DNA from: a bacterium
Lineage (GTDB): Bacteria > Bacillota > Clostridia > TANB77 > UBA1234
Direction of reading: 5' to 3'
DNA length: 59,315 nucleotides
Assembly (NCBI GenBank): GCA_963637565.1
Contig: CAVHNT010000055.1
Span: forward strand, 1 to 59,315
This document shows positions 1 through 9,872 of the stretch, one piece after another. A model generated the notes under the pieces. It was not told the DNA's origin, searched no databases, and worked only from the letters and a program-made list of their open reading frames with translations. How positions within the stretch are numbered: position 1 is the stretch's first letter; each line of letters begins with the position of its first letter. Position numbers and translations under genes: made by a program.

Positions 1-3000
1 TTTTGTATTGCCAGATCTCTTAGCACCTATTGCATAGTAAATATATTTTCCATTAATGTAATCATAACTTTCTCTTGTCATCAATATTGGTACACCAACA
101 ACCTCTACATCTCTCGTTGCTGTCATTCCGTTTGTTGTTGTTCCATCTTTTGTCTTTGTTAATGTGTATGTAATTTGTTTTGTTCCTACCGATGTCGTAT
201 CTACTGGTAATCCTGATGTTGTGTAATTATATCCATATTGTGTATATTCGCTTGCATTTGCTTTATCAAATCCTGCAATTGTTACACCAGCATCAACTGT
301 TGCATCATAGATTCCATTCAAACTTACTTTTGCAGGATTTTCTCCTGCAACTTCAAGTATTGGACGAACTCTGTATAAATCTCCTTCTGTGTCTCTACTA
401 TCTGCAAATATAGTTGAATAATTTGTAGCTGCTTCATAAAGTTTTTCAGATGCTGTATCAGATACATATAAAATAGCATTTGGTAAGTTTTCTAATCCTG
501 TATCTGTTTGTAAAACCAAAGCATAATCTGAATTTGTAATTTCTTTATTTAATATAATAGCTTTCAAGCTCGAGCAATTACTAAAAATATATCCCATGTC
601 AGTTACATTGTTTGTATTAAAATTACTTAAGTCTAAACTTTTTAAACTATTACATTCATCAAACATACAACTCATATTTGTTACACTTGTTGTGTTAAAA
701 TTACTTAAGTCTAAATTTGTCAAGCTACTACATAATTGAAACATATAATTCATATCTGTTACTTTTGATGTATCAAAGCCACTCAAGTCTAAATTTGTTA
801 GGTTGCTGCAATAAGAAAACATATCTGACATACTTGTTACATTTGTCGTATTAAACGCCTTTAGATTTAAACTTGTTAAATTACTACAGCAAGAAAACAT
901 ACTTGCCATATTTGTTACTTTTGCCGTGTCTAAGTTACTCAAATCTAGACTTGTTAGGTTGCTACAATAAGAAAACATATCTGACATACTTGTTACATTT
1001 GTTGTATTAAACCTACTTAAATTTAAACTTATTAAATTGCTACAGCTAGAAAACATGCTTGCCATATTTGTTACGTTAGTTGTATCAAAGCTACTTACAT
1101 CTAAATTTGTTAATCCATTACAGTAATAAAACATATAACTCATATCTGTTACATTTGTTGTGTCTAGCATTTCTAAATTATTTATTGATGTACAACTTGT
1201 GTATTCTCCAAACAAATAGTACGAATTTGCTGGTGCTTGAATTTTATCTTCTTCTGTTCCAATATATAAATCATAACTTGTTGAATTTTCTGCATTTGGT
1301 ACTACCCATGCAATTACTTTATTGTCTCCATTTGTGTATGACGCATCCCAACTTGCTTCTGCTGTTGCTGGAATATTAGTGTTGTTTACAAATGTAATTG
1401 TGCTAATTACGTCTGCTGTATATTTTGTATTACCAGATCTCTTAGCACCTATTGCATAATAACTATTCCACATTCCACTGTCATTTTCGGATTCTTCCCT
1501 CTCCATTAATGTAGCAGTTATTTCATTTACTTTTATTTCTCTTGTTACTTCCATTACAGTTGTTTCCGCTTCAGAACCATCTACATATTTTAAAGTATAC
1601 TTGACTTGTTTTGTGCCTGTTGTTGTTGTGTCCACTGGTAACCCTATAGTTGTTACAGTATAACCATATTTAGTATAGTCCGTTGCATTTGCTTTATTTA
1701 TTCCTGCTACTAGTGCACCTCTATCCACACTTTCATCATATGTACTATTAGGTGTTACATTTATCGTTTTTACTCCTAATACATCTAATATGGTCTTAAT
1801 TCTATTTTCACCAAATTCGCTTGCATAATTTGAAGAATTTGTGTACAAAGTTTTAGTTTCATCGTTTGGTAAATAAATTTTTGCTGTCGTATTGATTTTT
1901 GTATTATTGCTTAGTGTTAATACGTCTGATACTGTTGTTGCAGTTTTTTGAATAATAATTCTTTCTAATTTATCACAGTTTGCAAAAATTTCAGAGCCAT
2001 TTAAATCTTTAATCTGCTTTCCAAATATAATTGTTTTTAATTTACTATTTCCTTTAAACATTTTATCTATATTCGTTACATTTTGGGTGTTTATATTACG
2101 TAAATCAAACTCTGTCATGCTAAAACAATTTGCAAAAAATTCAGACATGTCCGTTGCTTCTTCTAAATCTAATACTTCTATATTGCTTATAGAAGTGCAA
2201 AAAGTATAATTACTAAATAATTTTGTTGCATTTGCCGGTGCTATTATTTTCGAATATCCCCCAATATACAAATCGTACTTTCCTGTCTCTAAACTATTTT
2301 TTATCCATGCTTTTACAATGCCGTCTCCATTATTGTATGATACATCCCATGAATCAACCGCATCAACTGGAGTAACATTTGTATCTAATAATGTGATTGT
2401 TTTTATAGTTTCTGATGTGTATTCAGTTTTACCAGCACGCTTTGCTCCTATTACATACACATCATCTTCTCTTTCCATTAAGATTGGTCTTTCAACTCTT
2501 ATATCTACCGTTGCTTCTTTTCCGTTTTTTGTTTCAATTGTTACTGTTACAGTTCCCGATTTTTGACCATTGGCTATAATAATACCATTTGCATCAACTG
2601 TTGCTATACTACTATCTGAGGTTATATATTTACATTCCTTATTTACATTTGTATCACTTGGAGTGTAATTTACTTCTAATTGCATTTTTTCTTCTGTTGA
2701 CATTACTCTTTTTATGTTTTCACTTGCTGTTATTGCTGTTGGTGACGTTTGAACCACAACTTCACATTTGGCTGATAAATTATTACCAGAATCTTCTGTT
2801 GCTGTTATTGTTGTTGAACCATTTGAAAGTGCTGTTATACGTCCATCTTCACTCACTGTAGCAACAGAAGGATTTGTTGATGTAAATGTAATATTTCCAT
2901 AGCCAATACCTTCAACAAATAAACTTTGTTCCGTTTTTACTGATTTGTCTAACAATATAGTATCTGGTGCCATTTTCATATATGCCGTAACGTAATTTAC

Positions 3001-5637
3001 CGTACTTGTAAGTTCGGTAATATTTCTATCAGTATCAATATAATATGCATATACCGTTTTTTCACCATAGCCCTCCGTCAATGTCCAACTTTTTTCAGTA
3101 ACATACACTTCTAAATCGTCTATTGACGTAGGTGTTCCAACTGATGAACGAATATTAACGGCAACTCTAGTACCTAAATTATTTTTTGTATATAATGAAT
3201 CATGGATTCCAGCTATACCTGTATAAGAAGCATACGAACCTAAAGCATATGTGTCTTCATAACAATTTCCTCTAGCATAATAAACATCATAATTACTTAA
3301 AATACTAGCTTTATATCTTCCAAGAGTCTTTGTTCTTTCCCACACATTTCCTTCTAAATCGTAAATATGGTTTAGTATATTAGATTTTCCTGTAGTTGTA
3401 TGTTTATATTCCGTACCTGTTGCTACCGTAGCAGATGAAGTTCCAGAATTTCCAAATGTTTGAGTATTAACTTCATCCAATGTTATTGCTCCTGTTTTTA
3501 TTAACCATTTTAAAATTGTATCAAATTCTGTTGAATACATCTCATGGCTGCTTATATAGCTATCATCTTTATATAAGTTTTCTGTTGCTGTTAAAAATTC
3601 TTTTCTTTTTAATCCTGTTTGAGGCTTCAATCCTCTTTTGGTTGTTATTTCACTATTACTTCCACCTGGTGTTGCCTCATATCTACCTATATAAAAGCCC
3701 TTATACGTTCTAACACTATCTAACATTGTATCAAATCCATCTGGATCATCATAAGGTTGAGGATTCGTAGAAGCTGTACCTGGTGTCGTTGTCAATGTAT
3801 ATCCTGTTTTAAATCCACCTTTCTCTGCACTCCAGTTTACACGAGATAAAACAACACTATTTATTGTTGCTGACTCCTCTTCAAAAATCTGATTTGTTGA
3901 TGTTAGTCCAGATAGTACACTATCTACTGGTATCCATACAAACTCATTATTATCGCTATCAACAACAACCAAACCAGCATTAATATCTGATTCAGTTATA
4001 TTTTTCCACTCCTTAAGTGGCTTCTTTCCGATTACCTCCCCGTTTGAACCAAGTTCTGCTATTGCAAATGTTGGTGGAATTATGACCGTTGTATTACCTC
4101 TTGTTATAGAAATTGTTTTATTAATTGTCTCTTGCGTATTACTTATAACTATTGCTTGTGCCTTATTTGAATATAACTCAAGGATAACATCATCACTTAC
4201 TGTATATCCATTATCACTTTGTATTGTAAATGATTCTTCAGAAACCACTTCTATTTCAGCTTCTATAACTTCTGATTCTATTCCACTATCACCATTGAAC
4301 CATGCGTATACCTTTTGTTTTCCTGTATCCTCTTCCAATTCCCATTCTATCGTTGGTGTAAAACTATCCCATACTGTATCTTTTGTCACTATTTCTTGAT
4401 TATTTTTTATATTGAAAAAAACTCTAAATCCCCTATTTGGTGAAGTTGAAATAAACTCTGGATCTTGTATAGCTTCCCAATTTCCTTCTCTATAGGATGC
4501 TGGAACTGTTGTTTGATATGATCCTCCACGTTCTATAACAGTTTTAGAAGATAATATGGTACGTCCTAATTCTTGCGTATATTCTGATAAGTTTCCTGCT
4601 ATATCATATATATGATTTGTTTGATAGTTTGAATTACTTCCCGTATTTTTTATGCCACTATAATTTCCCCAAGATGTGCTATCGCTTTCTATTTCGCTTA
4701 AAGTTCTGCTTCCTGTTTTTATAAACCACTTTAGAACAGTATCATATTCTGCTCCATAAGGTAAATGACTGCTTACATACTTGTTATTACTATATAGTTC
4801 TTGTGCATAATATCTTGCACCAGACAATGTTAAATTGTTCCATAATTGTCCTTCATTTTCTTTTGTTTTTTCAAGAGTACCACTTGTACTATATTTTGTA
4901 GATGGTACTACCTGAACGTTTACTGGTTTATCTCCTTTAAACCCTCCAAAGCTAGCTTCATAACGTCCTACATAGAATCCACCATAATCATCAATACTCG
5001 TTTTTAGCTCCTCAAATTCATTTTTTATCACACCATCAACAACTACTGTTTCTGTTGCTGGTTCATAATAATTTCCGTTTTCTGTACTATTTGATACTGT
5101 TCCTGAAGAATTGTCATTCCAGCCATATCTAGAAAAAACAACTTTGTTTGTATATAATGTAGAATCAACTGTTGTTCCAGAAGTTACTTCATCAACTGGT
5201 ATCCATACAAACTCGTTACCTTTGGTATCAACAATTACAAGACCATTATTAATATCGTTTTCTGTAATATTCTCCCATTCTAAGAATTTCTTAAACCCTA
5301 TGACTTTTCCTTCAGAATCTAATTCAGCAATTAAAAATTGTGGAGGTATTGTTACAAACGTATTTCCACGTTTTATTTGATACACCTTATTTATATAATA
5401 CTCCGAATTACTAATTAACATTTTAGATGAATTTGAACTAAGATTTAGCGTAACTTTCTTTGAATCAGTAACTGTCGCACTATCATTTATGACAATACTA
5501 CTTCCATTAGAATTAGTACTTTCATAGTTTGAACTTAGATTTTCAATTAAATTTCGTACTGCTGTGTACCCAAAAGCAACACCTGTAGCAAGTGCAACAA
5601 TCATAGCCGTCAATCCAATTACTTTTTTCCTTTGCAT
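1..5637 (-). CDS. Giant secreted cell-surface protein, C-terminally truncated by the window edge (at least 1879 codons): signal/TM anchor, 2x FGE-sulfatase (SUMF1-type) domains, Big_2 Ig-like domains, then repeated modules of BspA/DUF285-type leucine-rich repeats plus DUF5011-like Ig domains
   Basis: Absent from the ORF track because there is no stop inside the window. ATG at 5637 is preceded by AGGAGG (rc of 5646-5651). Hand translation starts MQRKKVIGLTAMIVALATGVAFG. Frame checked in register at 5637, 2640, 1423 and 1. Motifs GFYVGRYEA, LPYGAEYDTVLKW, IYDIAGNLSEYTQE, RGGSY, NRGFRV fit the FGE-sulfatase fold (a second similar module follows). SIATVDANGIIIANGQKSGTVTVT fits Big_2. 26-aa FSxCSxLTxLDLSxFxTxxVTxM repeats fit BspA-like LRR. 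The + strand has only short shadow ORFs. Confidence 0.8.
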   Translation of the reverse strand, partial: MQRKKVIGLTAMIVALATGVAFGYTAVRNLIENLSSNYESTNSNGSSIVINDSATVTDSKKVTLNLSSNSSKMLISNSEYYINKVYQIKRGNTFVTIPPQFLIAELDSEGKVIGFKKFLEWENITENDINNGLVIVDTKGNEFVWIPVDEVTSGTTVDSTLYTNKVVFSRYGWNDNSSGTVSNSTENGNYYEPATETVVVDGVIKNEFEELKTSIDDYGGFYVGRYEASFGGFKGDKPVNVQVVPSTKYSTSGTLEKTKENEGQLWNNLTLSGARYYAQELYSNNKYVSSHLPYGAEYDTVLKWFIKTGSRTLSEIESDSTSWGNYSGIKNTGSNSNYQTNHIYDIAGNLSEYTQELGRTILSSKTVIERGGSYQTTVPASYREGNWEAIQDPEFISTSPNRGFRVFFNIKNNQEIVTKDTVWDSFTPTIEWELEEDTGKQKVYAWFNGDSGIESEVIEAEIEVVSEESFTIQSDNGYTVSDDVILELYSNKAQAIVISNTQETINKTISITRGNTTVIIPPTFAIAELGSNGEVIGKKPLKEWKNITESDINAGLVVVDSDNNEFVWIPVDSVLSGLTSTNQIFEEESATINSVVLSRVNWSAEKGGFKTGYTLTTTPGTASTNPQPYDDPDGFDTMLDSVRTYKGFYIGRYEATPGGSNSEITTKRGLKPQTGLKRKEFLTATENLYKDDSYISSHEMYSTEFDTILKWLIKTGAITLDEVNTQTFGNSGTSSATVATGTEYKHTTTGKSNILNHIYDLEGNVWERTKTLGRYKASILSNYDVYYARGNCYEDTYALGSYASYTGIAGIHDSLYTKNNLGTRVAVNIRSSVGTPTSIDDLEVYVTEKSWTLTEGYGEKTVYAYYIDTDRNITELTSTVNYVTAYMKMAPDTILLDKSVKTEQSLFVEGIGYGNITFTSTNPSVATVSEDGRITALSNGSTTITATEDSGNNLSAKCEVVVQTSPTAITASENIKRVMSTEEKMQLEVNYTPSDTNVNKECKYITSDSSIATVDANGIIIANGQKSGTVTVTIETKNGKEATVDIRVERPILMEREDDVYVIGAKRAGKTEYTSETIKTITLLDTNVTPVDAVDSWDVSYNNGDGIVKAWIKNSLETGKYDLYIGGYSKIIAPANATKLFSNYTFCTSISNIEVLDLEEATDMSEFFANCFSMTEFDLRNINTQNVTNIDKMFKGNSKLKTIIFGKQIKDLNGSEIFANCDKLERIIIQKTATTVSDVLTLSNNTKINTTAKIYLPNDETKTLYTNSSNYASEFGENRIKTILDVLGVKTINVTPNSTYDESVDRGALVAGINKANATDYTKYGYTVTTIGLPVDTTTTGTKQVKYTLKYVDGSEAETTVMEVTREIKVNEITATLMEREESENDSGMWNSYYAIGAKRSGNTKYTADVISTITFVNNTNIPATAEASWDASYTNGDNKVIAWVVPNAENSTSYDLYIGTEEDKIQAPANSYYLFGEYTSCTSINNLEMLDTTNVTDMSYMFYYCNGLTNLDVSSFDTTNVTNMASMFSSCSNLISLNLSRFNTTNVTSMSDMFSYCSNLTSLDLSNLDTAKVTNMASMFSCCSNLTSLNLKAFNTTNVTSMSDMFSYCSNLTNLDLSGFDTSKVTDMNYMFQLCSSLTNLDLSNFNTTSVTNMSCMFDECNSLKSLDLSNFNTNNVTDMGYIFSNCSSLKAIILNKEITNSDYALVLQTDTGLENLPNAILYVSDTASEKLYEAATNYSTIFADSRDTEGDLYRVRPILEVAGENPAKVSLNGIYDATVDAGVTIAGFDKANASEYTQYGYNYTTSGLPVDTTSVGTKQITYTLTKTKDGTTTNGMTATRDVEVVGVPILMTRESYDYINGKYIYYAIGAKRSGNTK
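560..1200. repeat. Array of ~78-bp coding repeats (26-aa BspA/DUF285-type LRR units) inside the giant gene
   Basis: Near-identical stretches, e.g. ...caataagaaaacatatctgacatacttgttacatttgt... at ~800-840 and ~960-1000. Translated units SxMFSxCSNLTSLDLSNxxTxxVT. Confidence 0.7.
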
Positions 5638-5731
5638 GTTTTGTACCTCCTAAAATTCACCATGAGGATGTTTGTGATTTTGTTAAACAACCTCGCGTGT
5701 TTTTCATTCGTTTTCTGTTTTACTAACTCAA

Positions 5732-5760
5732 ATTATACCGAGTCAATTAAACTTTGTAAA
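5732..5760 (-). promoter_or_regulatory. Sigma-A-type promoter of the giant surface-protein gene
   Basis: Minus strand reads TTTACA (5755-5760), 17 nt, TATAAT (5732-5737), about 90 nt upstream of the ATG at 5637. Confidence 0.45.
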
Positions 5761-5776
5761 CACGCACGCACGCGTG
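5761..5776. repeat. 16-nt alternating purine-pyrimidine CACG/CGTG tract abutting the -35 element
   Basis: cacgcacgcacgcgtg, a G+C island in a very AT-rich spacer, immediately upstream of the -35 hexamer on the minus strand. Confidence 0.6.
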
Positions 5777-5887
5777 AATATAGATATAGGTAGGTTTTCA
5801 AAGACTTATCAACACTTTTTTCGCTTACGGAAGCTATTTTTAAACATGTTCGCTTTTGGGATTTGCTTTTAAGTGTATTAAATTTAG

Positions 5888-5915
5888 GTTACAACTTTGT
5901 TACAGCAATGTTACA
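5888..5915 (-). promoter_or_regulatory. Three direct GTTACA (minus strand TGTAAC) hexamers at exact 11-bp phasing; candidate OmpR-family (WalR/PhoP-type) response-regulator site
   Basis: GTTACA at 5888, 5899 and 5910, plus an inverted TGTAAC at 5932-5937. The minus strand reads TGTAAC-N5-TGTAAC-N5-TGTAAC. Confidence 0.35.
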
Positions 5916-5984
5916 TTCGTTGTATTATTTTTGTAACATTATGCTTAAAATGTATATCCGTAAGTAATTTATTGTTTTTATCAC

Positions 5985-6027
5985 AAAAAAAATGAAGTAT
6001 AAGGTTTATTTTAGTAACCTTATACTC
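5985..6027 (-). terminator. Intrinsic terminator after trpS
   Basis: Minus strand: stem agtataaggtt / aaccttatact followed by tcaTTTTTTTT. Confidence 0.7.
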
Positions 6028-6099
6028 CAGTTAATTCACTTACATATATCACTTATATTACTCTTTCTTTTTTGATTCGTTTATTTTCTTGTGTAGTCC

Positions 6100-7086
6100 T
6101 TATCTTCTTAATCCTATTTTTTGTTTCATAAGTTCGTATTTTTTCTTTGCTATTGCCCTTGATCTTTCTTTTCCGTCTTCTAGTATTTTGTCTAGTTCGT
6201 CGCTATTTATAAGTTCATTATATCTTGCTTGTATTCTCTCAAATGTTTCTGCAACTATGTCTCCAACAGCTTTTTTAAATGTTCCATAGTTTGCATCTGC
6301 ATATTCTTCCACTATTTCTTCTTTGCTCTTTCCAGACAAACTCATATATATGTTTATTAGATTTGTTACTCCTGGTTGATTTTCTGGATCATAATTAACT
6401 TTACCTATTGAATCTGTAACTGCAGAATTTATTTTCTTTCTTATTGTGTTTGCGTCGTCTAGTATTCTTATTACGCCCTTTTGGCTTTCTGAAGATTTGC
6501 TCATCTTCTTTGTTGGATCTTGTAAGTCCATTATTTTTGTACCTTCTGCTCTTATTAGTGGCTCTGGTATTACGAATGTATCTCCATATTTTTTGTTGAA
6601 TCTGATTGCTATATCTCTTGCTATTTCAACGTGTTGCTTTTGGTCTATTCCAACTGGCACATAGTTTGTATCATAAGCCAATATGTCAGCTGCCATTAAT
6701 ACTGGATATGTAAATAGTCCTGCTGAAAAATTGACATTCTTTGCACTTTTGTCTTTGAATTGTGTCATTCTGCTAAGTTCTCCGAAGTATGTATTACATT
6801 CTAACATCCATGATATGTTTGCATGATATTCATTATCTGATTGTAAGAATATCAAGTTCTTTTCTGGATCTATACCACATGCAATGTATAGTGCAACTAG
6901 TTGTCTAATATTTTGTGCAAGTGTATCACTATCTATTGGCATAGTTATTGCATGCATATCTGCTATAAAAAGTATTGAATTATATTTTTCTTGGTATTCA
7001 ACCATTTGTCTTATTGCTCCAATATAGTTTCCTAGAGTTATCACTCCCGTAGGTTGAAGACCTGTTAACATTATCTTTTTTTCCAT
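6100..7086 (-). CDS. trpS: Tryptophan--tRNA ligase
   Basis: 328 aa. Class I synthetase motifs: N-terminal GLQPTGVITLGNYIG region and KMSKS (KKMSKS). GAGGTG RBS upstream. Confidence 0.95.
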   Translation of the reverse strand: MEKKIMLTGLQPTGVITLGNYIGAIRQMVEYQEKYNSILFIADMHAITMPIDSDTLAQNIRQLVALYIACGIDPEKNLIFLQSDNEYHANISWMLECNTYFGELSRMTQFKDKSAKNVNFSAGLFTYPVLMAADILAYDTNYVPVGIDQKQHVEIARDIAIRFNKKYGDTFVIPEPLIRAEGTKIMDLQDPTKKMSKSSESQKGVIRILDDANTIRKKINSAVTDSIGKVNYDPENQPGVTNLINIYMSLSGKSKEEIVEEYADANYGTFKKAVGDIVAETFERIQARYNELINSDELDKILEDGKERSRAIAKKKYELMKQKIGLRR

Positions 7087-7097
7087 TACATTTCACC

Positions 7098-7859
7098 TCA
7101 TTTTATATTATAAAATCTTTTTGCGTTTTCAGTTGTAATCTCACTTAGCTTTTCTAAAGAGCATTCTCTTAAATCTGCAATTTTTTGTGCTGTGTAAACA
7201 ACATACGCTGACTCGTTTCTCTTTCCCCTGTTTGGTTCGGGTGTTAAGTATGGTGCATCAGTTTCTACCATTAATCTATCTTCTGGTATTAATTTTGCAA
7301 CGTCTATTAATGAACGTGCATTTTTAAATGTCACTGGTCCTGCAAGAGAAATGTACGCATCTAACTTTATCATTTCTTTTAGCACTTCAACACTTGAAGA
7401 AAAACAATGCATTACAAATTTGTTTTCTATTTTGTGTTCTTTTAATATGCTAAGCATGTCCATATCTGCATCTCTGCTATGTATTACAACTGGTAGTTTA
7501 TTTTTGTTTGCTATCTCTATTTGTTTTATAAAAATTTCTTTTTGCAACTCTTTGTTTCCGCCATAATGATAATCTAATCCAACTTCACCTATTGCAACGA
7601 CTTTTTTGTTCGTGGCGTACTTTTCAACGAATTCGACATTTCCATTGTTCTCATCTATGTTTTCTGGATGCAACCCAACAGTCGCATAAATACCTTCATA
7701 TTTCAATGCATCTTCTATTGCTTCTTTTGATGTTTGTTCGTTATACCCTACATCAATCATATACATTACATTGTTGCTTTTGGCATTTTCAACTATCTTA
7801 TCTTTTTCGCCTTCGTATTGCTCATCTGTTAAATGTGTATGTGAATCGAATAATATCAT
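7098..7859 (-). CDS. tatD: TatD-family metal-dependent DNase/hydrolase
   Basis: 253 aa. MILFDSHTHL..., IGEVGLDYHY, VIHSRDA, ETDAPYL are typical TatD/YabD motifs. Confidence 0.9.
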   Translation of the reverse strand: MILFDSHTHLTDEQYEGEKDKIVENAKSNNVMYMIDVGYNEQTSKEAIEDALKYEGIYATVGLHPENIDENNGNVEFVEKYATNKKVVAIGEVGLDYHYGGNKELQKEIFIKQIEIANKNKLPVVIHSRDADMDMLSILKEHKIENKFVMHCFSSSVEVLKEMIKLDAYISLAGPVTFKNARSLIDVAKLIPEDRLMVETDAPYLTPEPNRGKRNESAYVVYTAQKIADLRECSLEKLSEITTENAKRFYNIK

Positions 7860-7876
7860 TACAGCCTCCTTGCTCT

Positions 7877-9856
7877 TTATCTTACTTCAGCACCCGCTTC
7901 AATATCTCCATCAACAGTTAGTACTCTAACTATTTCATCTTCACCTGCAGCAAGTACCATTCCTTGAGATTCTACACCTCTTAATTTAGCTGGTTTTAAA
8001 TTTGCTACTATCACAACATTCTTGTTTAACAAATCTTCTGGTGCATAGTACTTTTGAAGTCCAGCTACTATTTGTCTTTCTTCATTTCCAAGTGACACTT
8101 TTAGTTTTAGTAATTTATCTGAACCCTCTAGTTTTTCTGCTTCTACAACCTTTGCCACTTTCAATTGTATTTTATCTAGATAATCTATAGTAATTTGTTC
8201 TACTTTTTTATCTTCGTTTTCTTTTGGTTTTGCTGTTTCTTTTTTAGCATATAATTTGTCAAACTCATCTATAACAGCTTTTTCATCAAATCTTGTAAAT
8301 AAAACTTCAACATTGTCTAGCTTTATTCCTGCTTTTGCTTCTACATAGTTCCAAACTGCTTTTTCCATTCCAAAGCTTTTTCTAATCTTTGCAGAAGATG
8401 CTGGCATGAATGGTTCCATTATATTTGAAATATTGGCTATCAAAGTAGCACATGTGTACATTGTGTTATTAAATGCATCAATGTCTTCTTTGTATTGAAT
8501 CCAAGGCTTTTCATCATCATAGAACTTGTTAGCATCATCTATTAGTTTTATAGCTTTGTCAGTAGCATCTTTAAAGCTTAGCTTTTCAATATCTTCACCA
8601 ATTTCTTTGTATGCTTTTTCGATTAATTCTTTCATTTCAAGATTCATTTTTCCGTTTGGTATTTCAGATATTCCTTTAAACTTTAAAGTTCTATTAACAA
8701 AATTTCCATATTTGTTAGTAATTTCATTATTGTGAGTTGTAACATACTCATTTAATGTGAAATTTGTATCTTTCTTTTCTGGTCCATTGTTTATTAAATG
8801 GAATCTAATAGTATCTGAATTCAACTTTTCAATAGCATCTAATGCAGATATTGCATTACCTTTACTTTTTGATGCTTTTTCGTTGTTAAAGTTTAAATAT
8901 TCAGATGAAACTATTACATCTGGTACTTGCATTCCTTCTTTTAATGATAAAAGCAATGCCGGGAAAATTATGCTATGGAATACTATGTTATCTTTTCCAT
9001 GTACCATATAAATTCTGTCTGCTCTCTTCCAATAGTCTTCCCAATTAAGTCCACGTTCTTCGCAAACTTTCATTGCTGCTGTTACATATCCTAAAACAGC
9101 TTCTATCCATACATATAATTTTTTATTTTCATAACCTGGTACTGGGACGTCAACGCCCCATGTTAAATCCCTTGTAATCGCTCTGTCTCTTAGACCTTCA
9201 CGAAGATATTTTAAAGTTTCATTTTGTGCATTTATACGCCATTTATACTTATTTTTCTCAACTATTTCTTCAATTGCATCTTGCATTTTTGAAAGTGCAA
9301 TATATAAGTTTTTGTTATCTCTCTTTACTACTTTATTTCCACATTCTCTACAAGTTGCGTTTAATAAATCTTCTTCTGTTGGTGTATAACCACAATCGCA
9401 ACAATCTCCTTTTGTTATATTTCCACAGCTTGGGCAAACAAGTTGCAATTCTCTATCTGCCATAAACTTATTGCAATGTTCACAAAAAGCTTGTGGCTCA
9501 ACTTTTTCATAGATTGCACCATTGTCATATATTTTCTTTATGATTTCTTTAACTTTTTCTTTATGATACTCTGTTTCTGTTAATGTGTATTTATCGTAAG
9601 AGAAATTAAGTCCCTCAAATGATTTAACAAATAGTTCATGATATTTGTTTGATATTTCGGCTGGACTTATTCCCTCTAATTTAGCTCTTTCTGTAATTGG
9701 TGTTCCATGGCAATCAGAACCAGAAACATAAATAACATCATCACCTTTTGCTCTATGATATCTTGCAAGTAAATCTCCGCCGATAAGGCCTGCAACATGT
9801 CCTAAATGTAATTTATAATTGGCGTAAGGCCAAGCTCCTCCTATTAATACTCTCAT
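7877..9856 (-). CDS. metG: Methionine--tRNA ligase with C-terminal tRNA-binding (EMAP/Trbp111-like) domain
   Basis: 659 aa. YANYKLHLGHV (HIGH-like), KSKGN (KMSKS-like), Cys-rich zinc knuckles, C-terminal KLKVSLG...IVAGL...RGVESQGM. Confidence 0.95.
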   Translation of the reverse strand: MRVLIGGAWPYANYKLHLGHVAGLIGGDLLARYHRAKGDDVIYVSGSDCHGTPITERAKLEGISPAEISNKYHELFVKSFEGLNFSYDKYTLTETEYHKEKVKEIIKKIYDNGAIYEKVEPQAFCEHCNKFMADRELQLVCPSCGNITKGDCCDCGYTPTEEDLLNATCRECGNKVVKRDNKNLYIALSKMQDAIEEIVEKNKYKWRINAQNETLKYLREGLRDRAITRDLTWGVDVPVPGYENKKLYVWIEAVLGYVTAAMKVCEERGLNWEDYWKRADRIYMVHGKDNIVFHSIIFPALLLSLKEGMQVPDVIVSSEYLNFNNEKASKSKGNAISALDAIEKLNSDTIRFHLINNGPEKKDTNFTLNEYVTTHNNEITNKYGNFVNRTLKFKGISEIPNGKMNLEMKELIEKAYKEIGEDIEKLSFKDATDKAIKLIDDANKFYDDEKPWIQYKEDIDAFNNTMYTCATLIANISNIMEPFMPASSAKIRKSFGMEKAVWNYVEAKAGIKLDNVEVLFTRFDEKAVIDEFDKLYAKKETAKPKENEDKKVEQITIDYLDKIQLKVAKVVEAEKLEGSDKLLKLKVSLGNEERQIVAGLQKYYAPEDLLNKNVVIVANLKPAKLRGVESQGMVLAAGEDEIVRVLTVDGDIEAGAEVR

Positions 9857-9872
9857 TTATATATCCCTCATT

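Noticed and set aside
3150-4700. FGE/C-lectin domains of the giant protein as DGR variable regions
   Set aside because: There is no reverse transcriptase, accessory gene or template repeat anywhere in the window, and the domains are internal rather than C-terminal. It is kept only as something to check genome-wide.
180-5380. Plus-strand track ORFs of 66-105 aa (180-413, 1080-1379, 2318-2566, 2589-2861, 3480-3713, 4082-4399, 5111-5380)
   Set aside because: All lie antisense to the single giant minus-strand ORF. They have Leu/Ile/Ser-rich shadow composition and no RBS.
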